A stretch of DNA of 64,000 bases from Candidatus Brennerbacteria bacterium (GTDB lineage: Bacteria > Patescibacteriota > Minisyncoccia > UBA6257 > GWB1-50-10): assembly GCA_016183535.1 (NCBI GenBank), contig JACPEK010000004.1:73013-137012 (forward strand), given 5' to 3'. Each line of letters starts with the position of its first letter. The stretch's first letter is position 1. The position numbers were made by a program, and so were the translations under genes. Below the pieces are notes generated by a model, which saw only the letters and a list, made by a program, of their open reading frames with translations, searched no databases and was not told where the DNA came from. Shown in pieces: positions 54,124-62,328 of the stretch.

Positions 54124-55050
54124 TCACTTCAGTATTTTCTTCACCTCGGCGCTCATGTCTATGAAAACTTGATAGGTTCTCTTAACCGCTTCGAGCGACG
54201 CACGCACTTCATCCCGAATGGAGGGGGCATCTTCTTTTTTTTCTTTTCCTCCTTCTTTAAATATTACATCTTCATTCGGGGCACTTTCCAAAACCTCGGC
54301 GGCAAGAAGCGGCATCGCGCCTTCTTTTTCGGAAACGGCGGGCGGCGCGATGAGGGTAAAGAAAAGTTCGCTTGCCCTCCCGTACGCATCGGACGCCTTC
54401 GTGAGATGAAATTTTGCTTTCGCAAGCAGTGAAGGAAGCTTCGCAATCCCTCGTATCTTGGCGCGCTCAAGTTTTTTCACGTCGCCTTCTATCTTAATGA
54501 AGCGCGCCTCCGCGACGTCGAGCGCCTTGCGCTGATTTGCGACGAGAAGAAACTCTTCGATTTCAGCGGCGAGTGGCGTGAACGACGATTCGCGTCGATC
54601 CTTGAACGACCCCACGATCGTTTTGAGTTCCACGAGATCGAGTGTGGTCGCGTGTTCGGTCAGCGTTTCGAGCGTTTCTTCGTAGTATTGTTCAATCGCC
54701 GCGAGCCGTTCTCCCGCGCGCACCTTCCAAATTTTCAAATCCTCCTCCCATTCCGCTTCTTTGAGCTCGGTTGCAATGAGTTTCACTTTGAGCGTTTTCG
54801 CCTCTTCCTCCGAGAACTCGACGACTTTTTTAAAGGTTTGGATACGAAGCCCGAGATCGTCCGCGAGATTTTCGTCTTTTGCCGAGACGAGATCATCGAG
54901 TTTGGTTTTCACCTCCTCGAACGCTTTTTGGACCGCGGGGGTTTGTGCACGCGCGACGCGCAGGAACGGAGATTCCAGGAACACCGCGCCGCTCAAAAAG
55001 AAAGCGGCGGCGAGTGGGGAAAAAACAGCGATGATCGTGCGGCGGGTCAT
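54124..55050 (-). CDS. Secreted helical/coiled-coil hypothetical protein
   Basis: Signal-like N-terminus MTRRTIIAVFSPLAAAFFL..ARA; third gene of the ECF operon; start ATG 55050. Confidence 0.7.
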   Translation of the reverse strand: MTRRTIIAVFSPLAAAFFLSGAVFLESPFLRVARAQTPAVQKAFEEVKTKLDDLVSAKDENLADDLGLRIQTFKKVVEFSEEEAKTLKVKLIATELKEAEWEEDLKIWKVRAGERLAAIEQYYEETLETLTEHATTLDLVELKTIVGSFKDRRESSFTPLAAEIEEFLLVANQRKALDVAEARFIKIEGDVKKLERAKIRGIAKLPSLLAKAKFHLTKASDAYGRASELFFTLIAPPAVSEKEGAMPLLAAEVLESAPNEDVIFKEGGKEKKEDAPSIRDEVRASLEAVKRTYQVFIDMSAEVKKILK

Positions 55051-55054
55051 AAGT

Positions 55055-55513
55055 TTATTCAAGCATTGTTTCGAGGAGCGCGTCCACTTTATTTTGCTGA
55101 TTTTCGGTTTCAAGCGACGAGAGCTCGGAAGAAAGCACCTCGGCATTCAGGTGGGCCGCCTCCGTTTTTTCGATTTCGCGCATCGCAGACTGAACCGCAC
55201 CCTCGGTCGCAACGCGGTAGGAAAGCTCACGGAGTTCGATGTTGATAGGAAGCTTGTCGAGCTCTCCCGTGAGGAGCTCCTCATTGAGAGATGCGGAAAG
55301 CGTGGGGCGGGCGGGGATCGAAAAGGTTGCGACGAAGAAGAGAAGAACGAGCGCGAACGTCAAAGCGCCTGCCCACCGGAGCGCGTGCCAGAGGCCGATA
55401 TTTGGGTGAGGAGTTGTGGCGGCGATGAGCGCCGCGCGGGCACGGGCTGTGTACGCCGGGTGCGGCGCAATGCGTTTCAACGCTTTCAATTGTTCGAAAA
55501 TGTCGGGGTTCAT
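55055..55513 (-). CDS. Putative anti-sigma-like single-pass membrane protein
   Basis: Directly downstream of the ECF sigma; short cytoplasmic N-terminus, one TM helix, acidic helical C-terminus. Confidence 0.6.
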   Translation of the reverse strand: MNPDIFEQLKALKRIAPHPAYTARARAALIAATTPHPNIGLWHALRWAGALTFALVLLFFVATFSIPARPTLSASLNEELLTGELDKLPINIELRELSYRVATEGAVQSAMREIEKTEAAHLNAEVLSSELSSLETENQQNKVDALLETMLE

Positions 55514-55520
55514 GGATTTA

Positions 55521-56069
55521 TTATTCTCCGATTTCTTGCGGGTGGAGCGATCGTAATTTTTTTATGGCGCGGTGCTGGATAACCCGCACGGCTCCCTCCG
55601 TTTTGCCGAGCGCGTCGGCAATTTCTTTATTTGTCATATCGTCCACGAATTTCATAAGGAGCACGTTTTGTTGGTCGGGCTCAAGGGAGGCGAGTGTAAT
55701 CCGGATGCGGTCGAGGTTAATGGCCGTATCAACCACATCTCCCATGGTGTTCGGTTCGGCGAACACCTCTTCCGGAACAGCTTCGAGGGGCGCATGCGCT
55801 TTCGCGGTGCGGTAGTAGTCAATCACCGCGTTCGAAGCGATTCGATAGAGCCAGCTTCCGAATGGGAACCCCCGCGTCTCGTAGCGATGAAGGTTTTGCC
55901 AGGCATTCATAAACACCTGATGGGTCAAATCTTCCGCATCCTCTCTTCCGCGCGTTCGGAGAAACACAAACCGGTATATGCGGGGCATATAGAGGTCGTA
56001 GAGTGCTCCAAATGACTCTGCGTCGCCGTTTTTCGCTTTCTGAACGAGCTTTTCTTCCGATTCCCTCAT
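55521..56069 (-). CDS. ECF RNA polymerase sigma factor
   Basis: 'GDAESFGALYDLY..DAEDLTHQVF..WLYRIASNAVID', region 4 'KEIADALGKTEGAVRVIQHRA'. Confidence 0.94.
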   Translation of the reverse strand: MRESEEKLVQKAKNGDAESFGALYDLYMPRIYRFVFLRTRGREDAEDLTHQVFMNAWQNLHRYETRGFPFGSWLYRIASNAVIDYYRTAKAHAPLEAVPEEVFAEPNTMGDVVDTAINLDRIRITLASLEPDQQNVLLMKFVDDMTNKEIADALGKTEGAVRVIQHRAIKKLRSLHPQEIGE

Positions 56070-56076
56070 ACGCTAA

Positions 56077-56102
56077 AACGATGTGCGCCCCACGGTTGTT
56101 TC
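56077..56102 (-). promoter_or_regulatory. Candidate ECF autoregulatory promoter
   Basis: GAAAC-N17-CGTT ending 7 nt upstream of the sigma ATG. Confidence 0.5.
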
Positions 56103-56266
56103 GGAGGATCCAAACGTATCTTCAAAAAGGCGTATAAACATATTTCGCTTCGTAACGTTACACGTTTTATTGGTTTGTTACAAGCGGTTTTGCTTGGTTA
56201 TGGCACTAAAACGGCCTTTCGGCCGTTCGCACGGACAATCCCCATTTTTAAACGGGGATTGTTTTA

Positions 56267-56421
56267 GTGCGGGATGGGAGAAATCGGTCTCGCCTCTCAC
56301 TTCGCTCGGGCTGACCACCGCCTCGCGCGGTTCGCTACCGCTTACCACAAGCTCCGGCGTTCGATTCTCCACGCGAGCCAAGCAGTTGGCTCGCTCATCC
56401 CGAACGGGAAAATAAGGTGTT
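56267..56421. mobile_element. tRNA-Gly-associated miniature foldback element
   Basis: 16-bp direct repeat of the tRNA 3' end (56267-56282 = 56424-56439) plus an inverted, hairpin-interrupted copy (56359-56405). Confidence 0.6.
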
Positions 56422-56495
56422 TGGTGCGGGATGGGAGAATCGAACTCCCGCTCTCAGTTTGGAAAACTGACGTTCTGCCACTAAACTAATCCCGC
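56422..56495 (-). tRNA. tRNA-Gly(TCC)
   Basis: GCGGGAT..ATCCCGC-ACCA; anticodon loop TTTCCAA. Confidence 0.95.
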
Positions 56496-56625
56496 TTCCA
56501 CCGACGTTTTCTTCACCCCCAGAGTTCTCGCAAATCAATCGGCGAGCAAACCTATTTTAACTAGCGGAGGCGAGCACCCGTTTCTATAGTAGCTATCAGT
56601 TTGCGGGGGTCAATGGTGGTGAGAT

Positions 56626-57246
56626 ATGATGAATCGAACCATGTTTTTAAAACTCAAGGCGTCAAAGACGCTGTTCAAGGCCGCGCTTCTCCTCGCGGTC
56701 GCCGGCGTGCTTGCATATCTTATCGGCGCGGCGACCGTAGCCTCGCGCCTGCCACAAGAATTCGCGCGGGCGCGACAGAGCGTAAGTGCGGTGAGTCGGC
56801 AGATTGTGGATCTCACCGCGCTCACGAGTGACCGACTCGCGAAGGTAAACCTTTCCGACCTGAACGGAGAAACCGCGAACGCGCGCGCGCTCATCGCCGA
56901 CGCTCGCGCGTCGAACGCCGCGGCGTACAGCAAGGCGTTCGAGCTTACCCAGCATCTTCAGGCGCTCGCACAATCCCTCCCGAAAGTTTCTTCCATGAAA
57001 AAACAACGCGACGCCGCGGAGGCGATCTCAATTGAACTCTCGCTCGTATCGGAATTTATTCTCTACACGCAAAAGGTGGACGCATTCCTTGACGCGCTTG
57101 ATGAAGCGGTGCGGACGAATACCGATGGCGCGCGCGCCGCCGCCGCGGACGCGCTCCGCGGAGTGAATGAGAAAGTAATTGCGATCAACGCACTCAACGA
57201 TTCTTTCCGGAGAGCGATCGGCATTTTCGACGCCGCGGAGGAATAA
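56626..57246 (+). CDS. Membrane-anchored helical hypothetical protein
   Basis: 206-aa ORF with N-terminal TM helix and Ala-rich helical bundle. Confidence 0.7.
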   Translation: MMNRTMFLKLKASKTLFKAALLLAVAGVLAYLIGAATVASRLPQEFARARQSVSAVSRQIVDLTALTSDRLAKVNLSDLNGETANARALIADARASNAAAYSKAFELTQHLQALAQSLPKVSSMKKQRDAAEAISIELSLVSEFILYTQKVDAFLDALDEAVRTNTDGARAAAADALRGVNEKVIAINALNDSFRRAIGIFDAAEE

Positions 57247-57256
57247 ATGTCTGAAT

Positions 57257-57330
57257 TGGTCGGGACGCCGAGATTCGAACTCGGGCTACGTACTCCCAAA
57301 GTACGCGTGCTACCACTACACCACATCCCG
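57257..57330 (-). tRNA. tRNA-Pro(TGG)
   Basis: CGGGATG..CGTCCCG-ACCA; anticodon loop TTTGGGA. Confidence 0.95.
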
Positions 57331-57451
57331 TACGTGTTTACCTTACGCACTTTTTCATTTACCATCAACCGAAGCCGCTCGTGTATGGCTTCGCACATAC
57401 GAAGGGCTCATTCAACGATATAATACCTTTGGTATTCTATCGTTTCATTCG

Positions 57452-57523
57452 CCCCCCGTAGCACAATGGATAGTGCAGGGCTCTTCTAAGGCCTTGATGT
57501 GGGTTCGATTCCTACCGGGGGGA
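57452..57523 (+). tRNA. tRNA-Arg(TCT); integration target of the adjacent element
   Basis: CCCCCCG..CGGGGGG-A; anticodon loop CTTCTAA; no encoded CCA. Confidence 0.93.
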
Positions 57524-58993
57524 CACTTTAGAAAAAGGCAAGCCAGAGGAAGCCGCCTCGCTTCGCTCGGCGGCCATTTCGTATTGAATTTTGGGGGCAA
57601 AAACGAATTGGCGGTTTCGCAAAATATGGTTCGCGCCGATATTTTTCAGAAATGTTGTCATTTTGGGGAAATCATTTTCGGAAAGCAGATTTGCGGCTTG
57701 ATTTAAGGACAAAACGAACTCACGAGCCGGTTCGAGCCACGACAAACCTTTTTGCTCAAAATCGGTAATTTTCTCCTGCAAACGGATTTTTTCGGCCACC
57801 AATTTTTCTTTTTTGGCGGCGTATTCTTGTTGAGTAAGAGCGTTGTCCAAGTATGCATCGAGAAGTTTTTGGAGCTTCACTTCAATTTGGGATAATTGGT
57901 TTTTCAAAACATCAACCTCGGCTTGCGCTTCTAGTTTTGCTTTCTCTTTTTCTGTACCCAACGCCGCCAAAACTTTCTCGGTGTCGTGGCTCGACAAAGA
58001 AACTTTTTGAAGAAATGTTTTGATTTGCGCGGCCAACTCGTTTTCTTGAATGTAGTGCTTTTCTTGGCATACGCCTTTCTTTTTCGTGCATCGGTAATAG
58101 GTATAAATCCCACCGTTTCCTTTTGCGTATTGCGCGGTGATAGAAGCTCCGCATGAAGCGCATTTCATAAGGCCAAGAAAAGCAAAATGATGTTTCTTCA
58201 CTTCCTGCACTCTGCCACGCTTTGCCATAACTTCTTGACACAAATCAAAAAGCTTCTTTGAAATTAACGGCTCGTGCGTTCCCTCAAATATTTCTCCTCG
58301 GTATCGCATAAGTCCGTAGTAAAAAGGGTTTTGTAATAGATGCTGAACATTGCTTACGGAAATTTCCTTGCCAAGATTTCCTTTCAGTCCGCTTTCCTTG
58401 CACCAATTTGCGAGAGAAAAAAATGTGTAGTTTCCGGTGGCGTACATCTCAAAAAGTTTTCTGACTTTAAGTACTTTCTCCGCATCAACATCAATTCCTC
58501 TGGTTTTGGGATTGTTGGAGTAGCCCACCGGAGCCCAACTTGGCCATATTCCATTTCTGATTTTCTGCCGCAAACCTCTTTTTACATTCTCTCGCAAATT
58601 GTCCACATAGTATTTGCTCTGTCCAAAAGCAATGTTCAGCATGAATAATCCTTGCGGTGTTGGCTCGCACCAAAAAGTTGGGAATTTGAGGGAACGAATC
58701 AAGCCGCGGTCAATCATGTGGATTATCTTTCCGCCGTCCACGCTGTTTCGAGCAAGACGATCCGGGTGCCATGAGAGTATTCCATCGGCCTTCCCTTTTT
58801 CCAAAAATGACAACATTTCTGCGAATTTTATTCGCCCAGGTTCTTTGGCAGTTTTCGCCTCTTGAAAAGAGGCGACAATTTCAAGTTTTTCTTTGGCGGC
58901 AAATTCAGAAAGCTCAACAAGTTGAGCTTCAATGCTCAAAACCTGTCTGTCATCATCTTCCGTTGACTTTCGAGCGTAGATTACATAACGCAT
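57512..58993 (-). CDS. Large serine recombinase (resolvase + recombinase + Zn-ribbon + coiled coil)
   Basis: 'YARKSTEDDDRQ..SIEAQ', 'DRLARN', 'NPFYYG..GTHEPLIS', 'CASCG..YYRC'; stop codon lies antisense within tRNA-Arg. Confidence 0.95.
   Translation of the reverse strand: MRYVIYARKSTEDDDRQVLSIEAQLVELSEFAAKEKLEIVASFQEAKTAKEPGRIKFAEMLSFLEKGKADGILSWHPDRLARNSVDGGKIIHMIDRGLIRSLKFPTFWCEPTPQGLFMLNIAFGQSKYYVDNLRENVKRGLRQKIRNGIWPSWAPVGYSNNPKTRGIDVDAEKVLKVRKLFEMYATGNYTFFSLANWCKESGLKGNLGKEISVSNVQHLLQNPFYYGLMRYRGEIFEGTHEPLISKKLFDLCQEVMAKRGRVQEVKKHHFAFLGLMKCASCGASITAQYAKGNGGIYTYYRCTKKKGVCQEKHYIQENELAAQIKTFLQKVSLSSHDTEKVLAALGTEKEKAKLEAQAEVDVLKNQLSQIEVKLQKLLDAYLDNALTQQEYAAKKEKLVAEKIRLQEKITDFEQKGLSWLEPAREFVLSLNQAANLLSENDFPKMTTFLKNIGANHILRNRQFVFAPKIQYEMAAERSEAASSGLPFSKVSPR
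57521..57619 (+). repeat. Inverted repeat A, left copy (99 bp)
   Basis: Exact reverse complement of 59038-59136. Confidence 0.95.
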
Positions 58994-59037
58994 AGTTTTG
59001 TTGAATTGAATTGATTAAAAATTTTTCCGCCCCCAAA

Positions 59038-59231
59038 CGAAACCGCCAATTCGTTTTTGCCCCCAAAATTCAATACGAAATGGCCGCCGAGCGAAGCGAG
59101 GCGGCTTCCTCTGGCTTGCCTTTTTCTAAAGTGTCCAGTATTCTTGAAATAGTGCGAACCGTTTTCGCCGCCTGCGGCGGCGATGAAAGCTCCCCGCGAA
59201 AAATCCAAAAGGCGGCGGAGCCGCACCGATA
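59038..59231 (-). repeat. Central 194-bp A+B junction (attP-like, inverted)
   Basis: Repeat A' (59038-59136) and repeat B (59132-59231) overlap at TGTCC; imperfect IR CTTTTTC-N19-GAAATAG around the core. Confidence 0.9.
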
Positions 59232-59353
59232 TAAGAATTTTTGATGAGAAACTTAACAAGTTTCTTTTCTGTTTTTAATGTTGACTTTTGGAGCCATTTT
59301 TACTAATTTGTTTGTGGAACCCCAACAAACAAATACAGAAAGGAGTGTTCTTT

Positions 59354-59989
59354 ATGACACAGGAAGTATTGGCGACAGAGCTGCTTTCCATGCGAAAGCG
59401 AGCGGAACGAACAGCACAGAGCATCGATCAAATCTCCCACAACCTTTCTGCCGAACGGCAGTCGCTTCGGCAGGTGGTCAAGGAGTACGGCACGAAGCGA
59501 GTCGAACTTCTGAAGCAAGAGCTTCAAGCGCGCGGAGTGACCTGGTGCACCTATTGCTCCGCGGTGATTCCCGAGAGCGATGCCGAACTTCTGCTCGTCG
59601 AGGGCAGAGAGGAATACTCGCACGGCTACGGGAATGCTTGCTACGGTTTCCGTGGCTTCTCGAAGCTTCATCGGGCCTGCCCTACCTGCCGTGAACGTGC
59701 AGCCGACAAGCACGGACAGAAGGGTTCGTACGATTCGCAGGCGAAAGACCAGTCGAGCTTCTACGCATTCCGTGTGGAAAAGCGCGACGACGGCTACTAC
59801 GCCCGCAAGTTCGGCAACTGGGTGAAGCTCGACGACGAGAATTGCAAACTCAACGAACCGTCCAGTCAGCTCGTCGAGAAACTCGCGGAGGGATGGAATC
59901 TCCCGCCGCGAATCGAAGTCGAGTCGAGGTGGCCGAGTTCGGAAGAGAAGCTCATCGTCCACGAGCGAGTACTGGCCGAAGCGAGTTGA
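59354..59989 (+). CDS. Cargo hypothetical protein (coiled coil plus two CxxC)
   Basis: TTGACT-N17-TAATTT promoter, SD AGAAAGGAG, 'WCTYC' and 'HRACPTC', terminator 60008-60048. Confidence 0.8.
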   Translation: MTQEVLATELLSMRKRAERTAQSIDQISHNLSAERQSLRQVVKEYGTKRVELLKQELQARGVTWCTYCSAVIPESDAELLLVEGREEYSHGYGNACYGFRGFSKLHRACPTCRERAADKHGQKGSYDSQAKDQSSFYAFRVEKRDDGYYARKFGNWVKLDDENCKLNEPSSQLVEKLAEGWNLPPRIEVESRWPSSEEKLIVHERVLAEAS

Positions 59990-60111
59990 CCATGTGTCCG
60001 CAATCGAGAGGGTGTCCTGCCAAGTGCCGGGCACCCTCATTTCTTTTTGTTTGATTCTTAATTGAATTAAATTCATAATTAAACTGCCACCAAAGAAAAA
60101 CTTGAAATTGC

Positions 60112-60211
60112 TATCGGTGCGGCTCCGCCGCCTTTTGGATTTTTCGCGGGGAGCTTTCATCGCCGCCGCAGGCGGCGAAAACGGTTCGCACTATTTCAAG
60201 AATACTGGACA
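60112..60211 (+). repeat. Inverted repeat B, right copy (100 bp)
   Basis: Exact reverse complement of 59132-59231. Confidence 0.95.
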
Positions 60212-60314
60212 AGCGAGGAAATATGCAAAAAGCATATTTTCGAGCGCGGATGCCCGGCCGAAGGTACCGAGGGGACAAGCGAGGAAATAGGCAAAAATCA
60301 TATTTTCGAGCGCG
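60207..60314 (+). repeat. Tandem 42-bp direct repeat (66-bp period), each copy starting GGACA
   Basis: 60207-60248 vs 60273-60314, 40/42 identical; the second copy is preceded by a tRNA-3'-like TACCGAGG. Confidence 0.9.
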
Positions 60315-60362
60315 AGCTTCCGGTATTCACCGATATCAATAAAACCAGCAAAGACATAAATA

Positions 60363-61100
60363 ATGTTACTAACGATTCTCGGTGCGAGTTTAATTGGCAG
60401 TGTGGTGGCGCTTGGAGGCGGTGCGCTTCTTTTGTGGCGCGAGGCGTGGGCGAGAAGAATTTCCCTCTACCTCGTGAGTTTCGCGGCGGGCGCGCTTTTG
60501 GGCGCGGCGTTTTTTGACCTCCTCCCCGAGATGGAGGGGCTTCTTTCAAACGGCGCGATCTACGCGAGCGTGGTCGCCGGCATCCTCGTCATGCTGTTCT
60601 TCGAGAAGTTCATGAAATGGTATCACTGCCACGATCAGCAAACGTGTGACTACCATACCTTCTCGAGTTCCATACTTTTCGGCGACGCGGTGCATAATTT
60701 TTTGGACGGCATCGCGATCGCGGCGAGTTTTCTCATAAGCGTTCCTATTGGCGTCGCTACGACCGCGGCGGTATTTTTTCACGAGGTGCCGCAGGAGATA
60801 GGGGATTTTGGCGCCCTTCTCCATGCGGGTTATGGCCGCGCGAGAGTGTGGTGGTTGAATTTTACGACGGCGCTCACAACGCCCGCCGGCGCACTCCTCG
60901 GATATTTTTTTCTCCCGTTTCTCGAGCCACTCCTCGGATATTTTCTTGGCCTCGCGGCGGGCGCTTTTATCTACATTGCGGTCTCGGATTTAATGCCCGA
61001 GATTCGTCACCGTGCCGGGCCGCGCGAGTTCCTCCATTTTTTTATGATTCTTGTCGGCCTCGCCGTGATCATGCTTGTCGGTACGCTCGTGCCGGAATAA
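60363..61100 (+). CDS. ZIP family metal transporter
   Basis: 'SFAAGALLGAAFFDLLPE', 'GDAVHNFLDGIAI', 'HEVPQEIGDFG', 'YIAVSDLMPE'. Confidence 0.95.
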   Translation: MLLTILGASLIGSVVALGGGALLLWREAWARRISLYLVSFAAGALLGAAFFDLLPEMEGLLSNGAIYASVVAGILVMLFFEKFMKWYHCHDQQTCDYHTFSSSILFGDAVHNFLDGIAIAASFLISVPIGVATTAAVFFHEVPQEIGDFGALLHAGYGRARVWWLNFTTALTTPAGALLGYFFLPFLEPLLGYFLGLAAGAFIYIAVSDLMPEIRHRAGPREFLHFFMILVGLAVIMLVGTLVPE

Positions 61101-61129
61101 TAAAAAATCGCCCACTGGGCGATTTTTTA
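61101..61129. terminator. Bidirectional terminator between ZIP and tRNA-Phe
   Basis: TAAAAAATCGCCC-ACT-GGGCGATTTTTTA. Confidence 0.75.
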
Positions 61130-61131
61130 TT

Positions 61132-61206
61132 TGGTGCCGCGGGGGTGAATCGAACACCCGACGCCAGCCTCTTCAGGGCTGCGCTCTGCCACTGAGCTAC
61201 CGCGGC
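61132..61206 (-). tRNA. tRNA-Phe(GAA)
   Basis: GCCGCGG..CCGCGGC-ACCA; anticodon loop CTGAAGA. Confidence 0.95.
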
Positions 61207-61444
61207 AAGCGGTGAACGAAATTTAATGTACAGAATTAATTTCCGAACCGCGACGCCACGGGGTGAAGGTACCATGAATACCGCGGCGAATAATAAGCAG
61301 AACAAGTGTAAAGACCAGCGCTATTTTATTTTGTTTTTCTTTTAAATACAACAAGGCTTTCGCTGTCCACAGGCGGGCGGTGTTATCTCCCCGCCGCGCC
61401 CGCTATGATGGGGGCAGTATTATCAATAACCAAAAGGAGGGCGC

Positions 61445-62299
61445 ATGAAAAATTTCATGCATGCCGTTTTGTTTCTCGTCGCGGCTTTTTGCGCGGCGTG
61501 GTGGGTCGCCGGCCAGAGTAATGTTTCGTCTGTGGCCGGACCGCGAATTCCCCGGTATGCGGCATACGCGCCGCGGCCGGTGAATTCCGTCGTCACGCGC
61601 GCGTGGGAACCCGGCGATTCCAAACTTGTCGATCTTCTCACCGCTCGAGGTGTCGACTCAACCTTCGTGCGGTCGATATTTTCCAATCCGCGTCTCTCAA
61701 TCGACACCGCGGTGGTGCGAATTCTGACTGTGCCGCGCGGGAAGAAGGCGAGCTATTCGTTCCTCTTCACTGATTCTTCGATTGCGGACGGCAAGGCGTT
61801 TCTTAAGGCGCACCGAAGCACGCTTGATTCGCTCCGGATTGCGTACGGCATCTCGCCGCCGGTAATTGCGGCGGTTGTGCGCATCGAGACCGACTTCGGC
61901 CGCTTTTTAGGGCGGCATACTGTCGTGAATGCCCTCTATACGATGTACCGCGTTTCCCCGCGCCGCCGCGCCATGGCGGTGCGAGAACTCGCGTGCTTTT
62001 TTCTTCTCGCGCGGGAGCGGGAAATTGATCCCTTCGCGGTAGAGAGCTCTTGGGCGGGCGCCTTTGGCATATCTCAATTCATGCCGTGTTCGCTCTCCTA
62101 CGCGGTGGACGGGAACGGCGACGAGACAATCGATCTTTTCGATTTGCGCGATGCGATGGCGAGTATCGCAAACTATCTCCGCGCCCACGGTTGGTCGAGT
62201 CTCCGCGCTAGCCAGCTTCGTGCGCTTCGCGCGTACAACCGCGGCCCCTATGCGGGGGCGGTGATGGCCTACGCCGAAAAAATTTCCAATGCCCGGTGA
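61445..62299 (+). CDS. Lytic murein transglycosylase (MltB/SLT_2 family)
   Basis: 'IAAVVRIETDFG', 'SWAGAFGISQFMP', 'AVDGNGD..IDLF..DAMASIANYL..HGW', 'YN'; SD AAAGGAGG. Confidence 0.9.
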   Translation: MKNFMHAVLFLVAAFCAAWWVAGQSNVSSVAGPRIPRYAAYAPRPVNSVVTRAWEPGDSKLVDLLTARGVDSTFVRSIFSNPRLSIDTAVVRILTVPRGKKASYSFLFTDSSIADGKAFLKAHRSTLDSLRIAYGISPPVIAAVVRIETDFGRFLGRHTVVNALYTMYRVSPRRRAMAVRELACFFLLAREREIDPFAVESSWAGAFGISQFMPCSLSYAVDGNGDETIDLFDLRDAMASIANYLRAHGWSSLRASQLRALRAYNRGPYAGAVMAYAEKISNAR

Positions 62300-62328
62300 G
62301 CGATTCGCCGGGCATTTTTCCGCTTCAC

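Larger units (their letters stand above)
57521..60211. mobile_element. Serine-recombinase integrative element with internal inverted attP-like junction
   Basis: GGACA cores at 57521, 59132 (inverted), 60207 and 60273; perfect inverted repeats 57521-57619/59038-59136 and 59132-59231/60112-60211; recombinase gene is AT-rich relative to flanks. Confidence 0.8.

Noticed and set aside
59011-59244. 77-aa ORF as an independent gene
   Set aside because: It is the translation of the duplicated recombinase 3' end across the attP-like junction, with no clear SD; treated as part of the repeat architecture.
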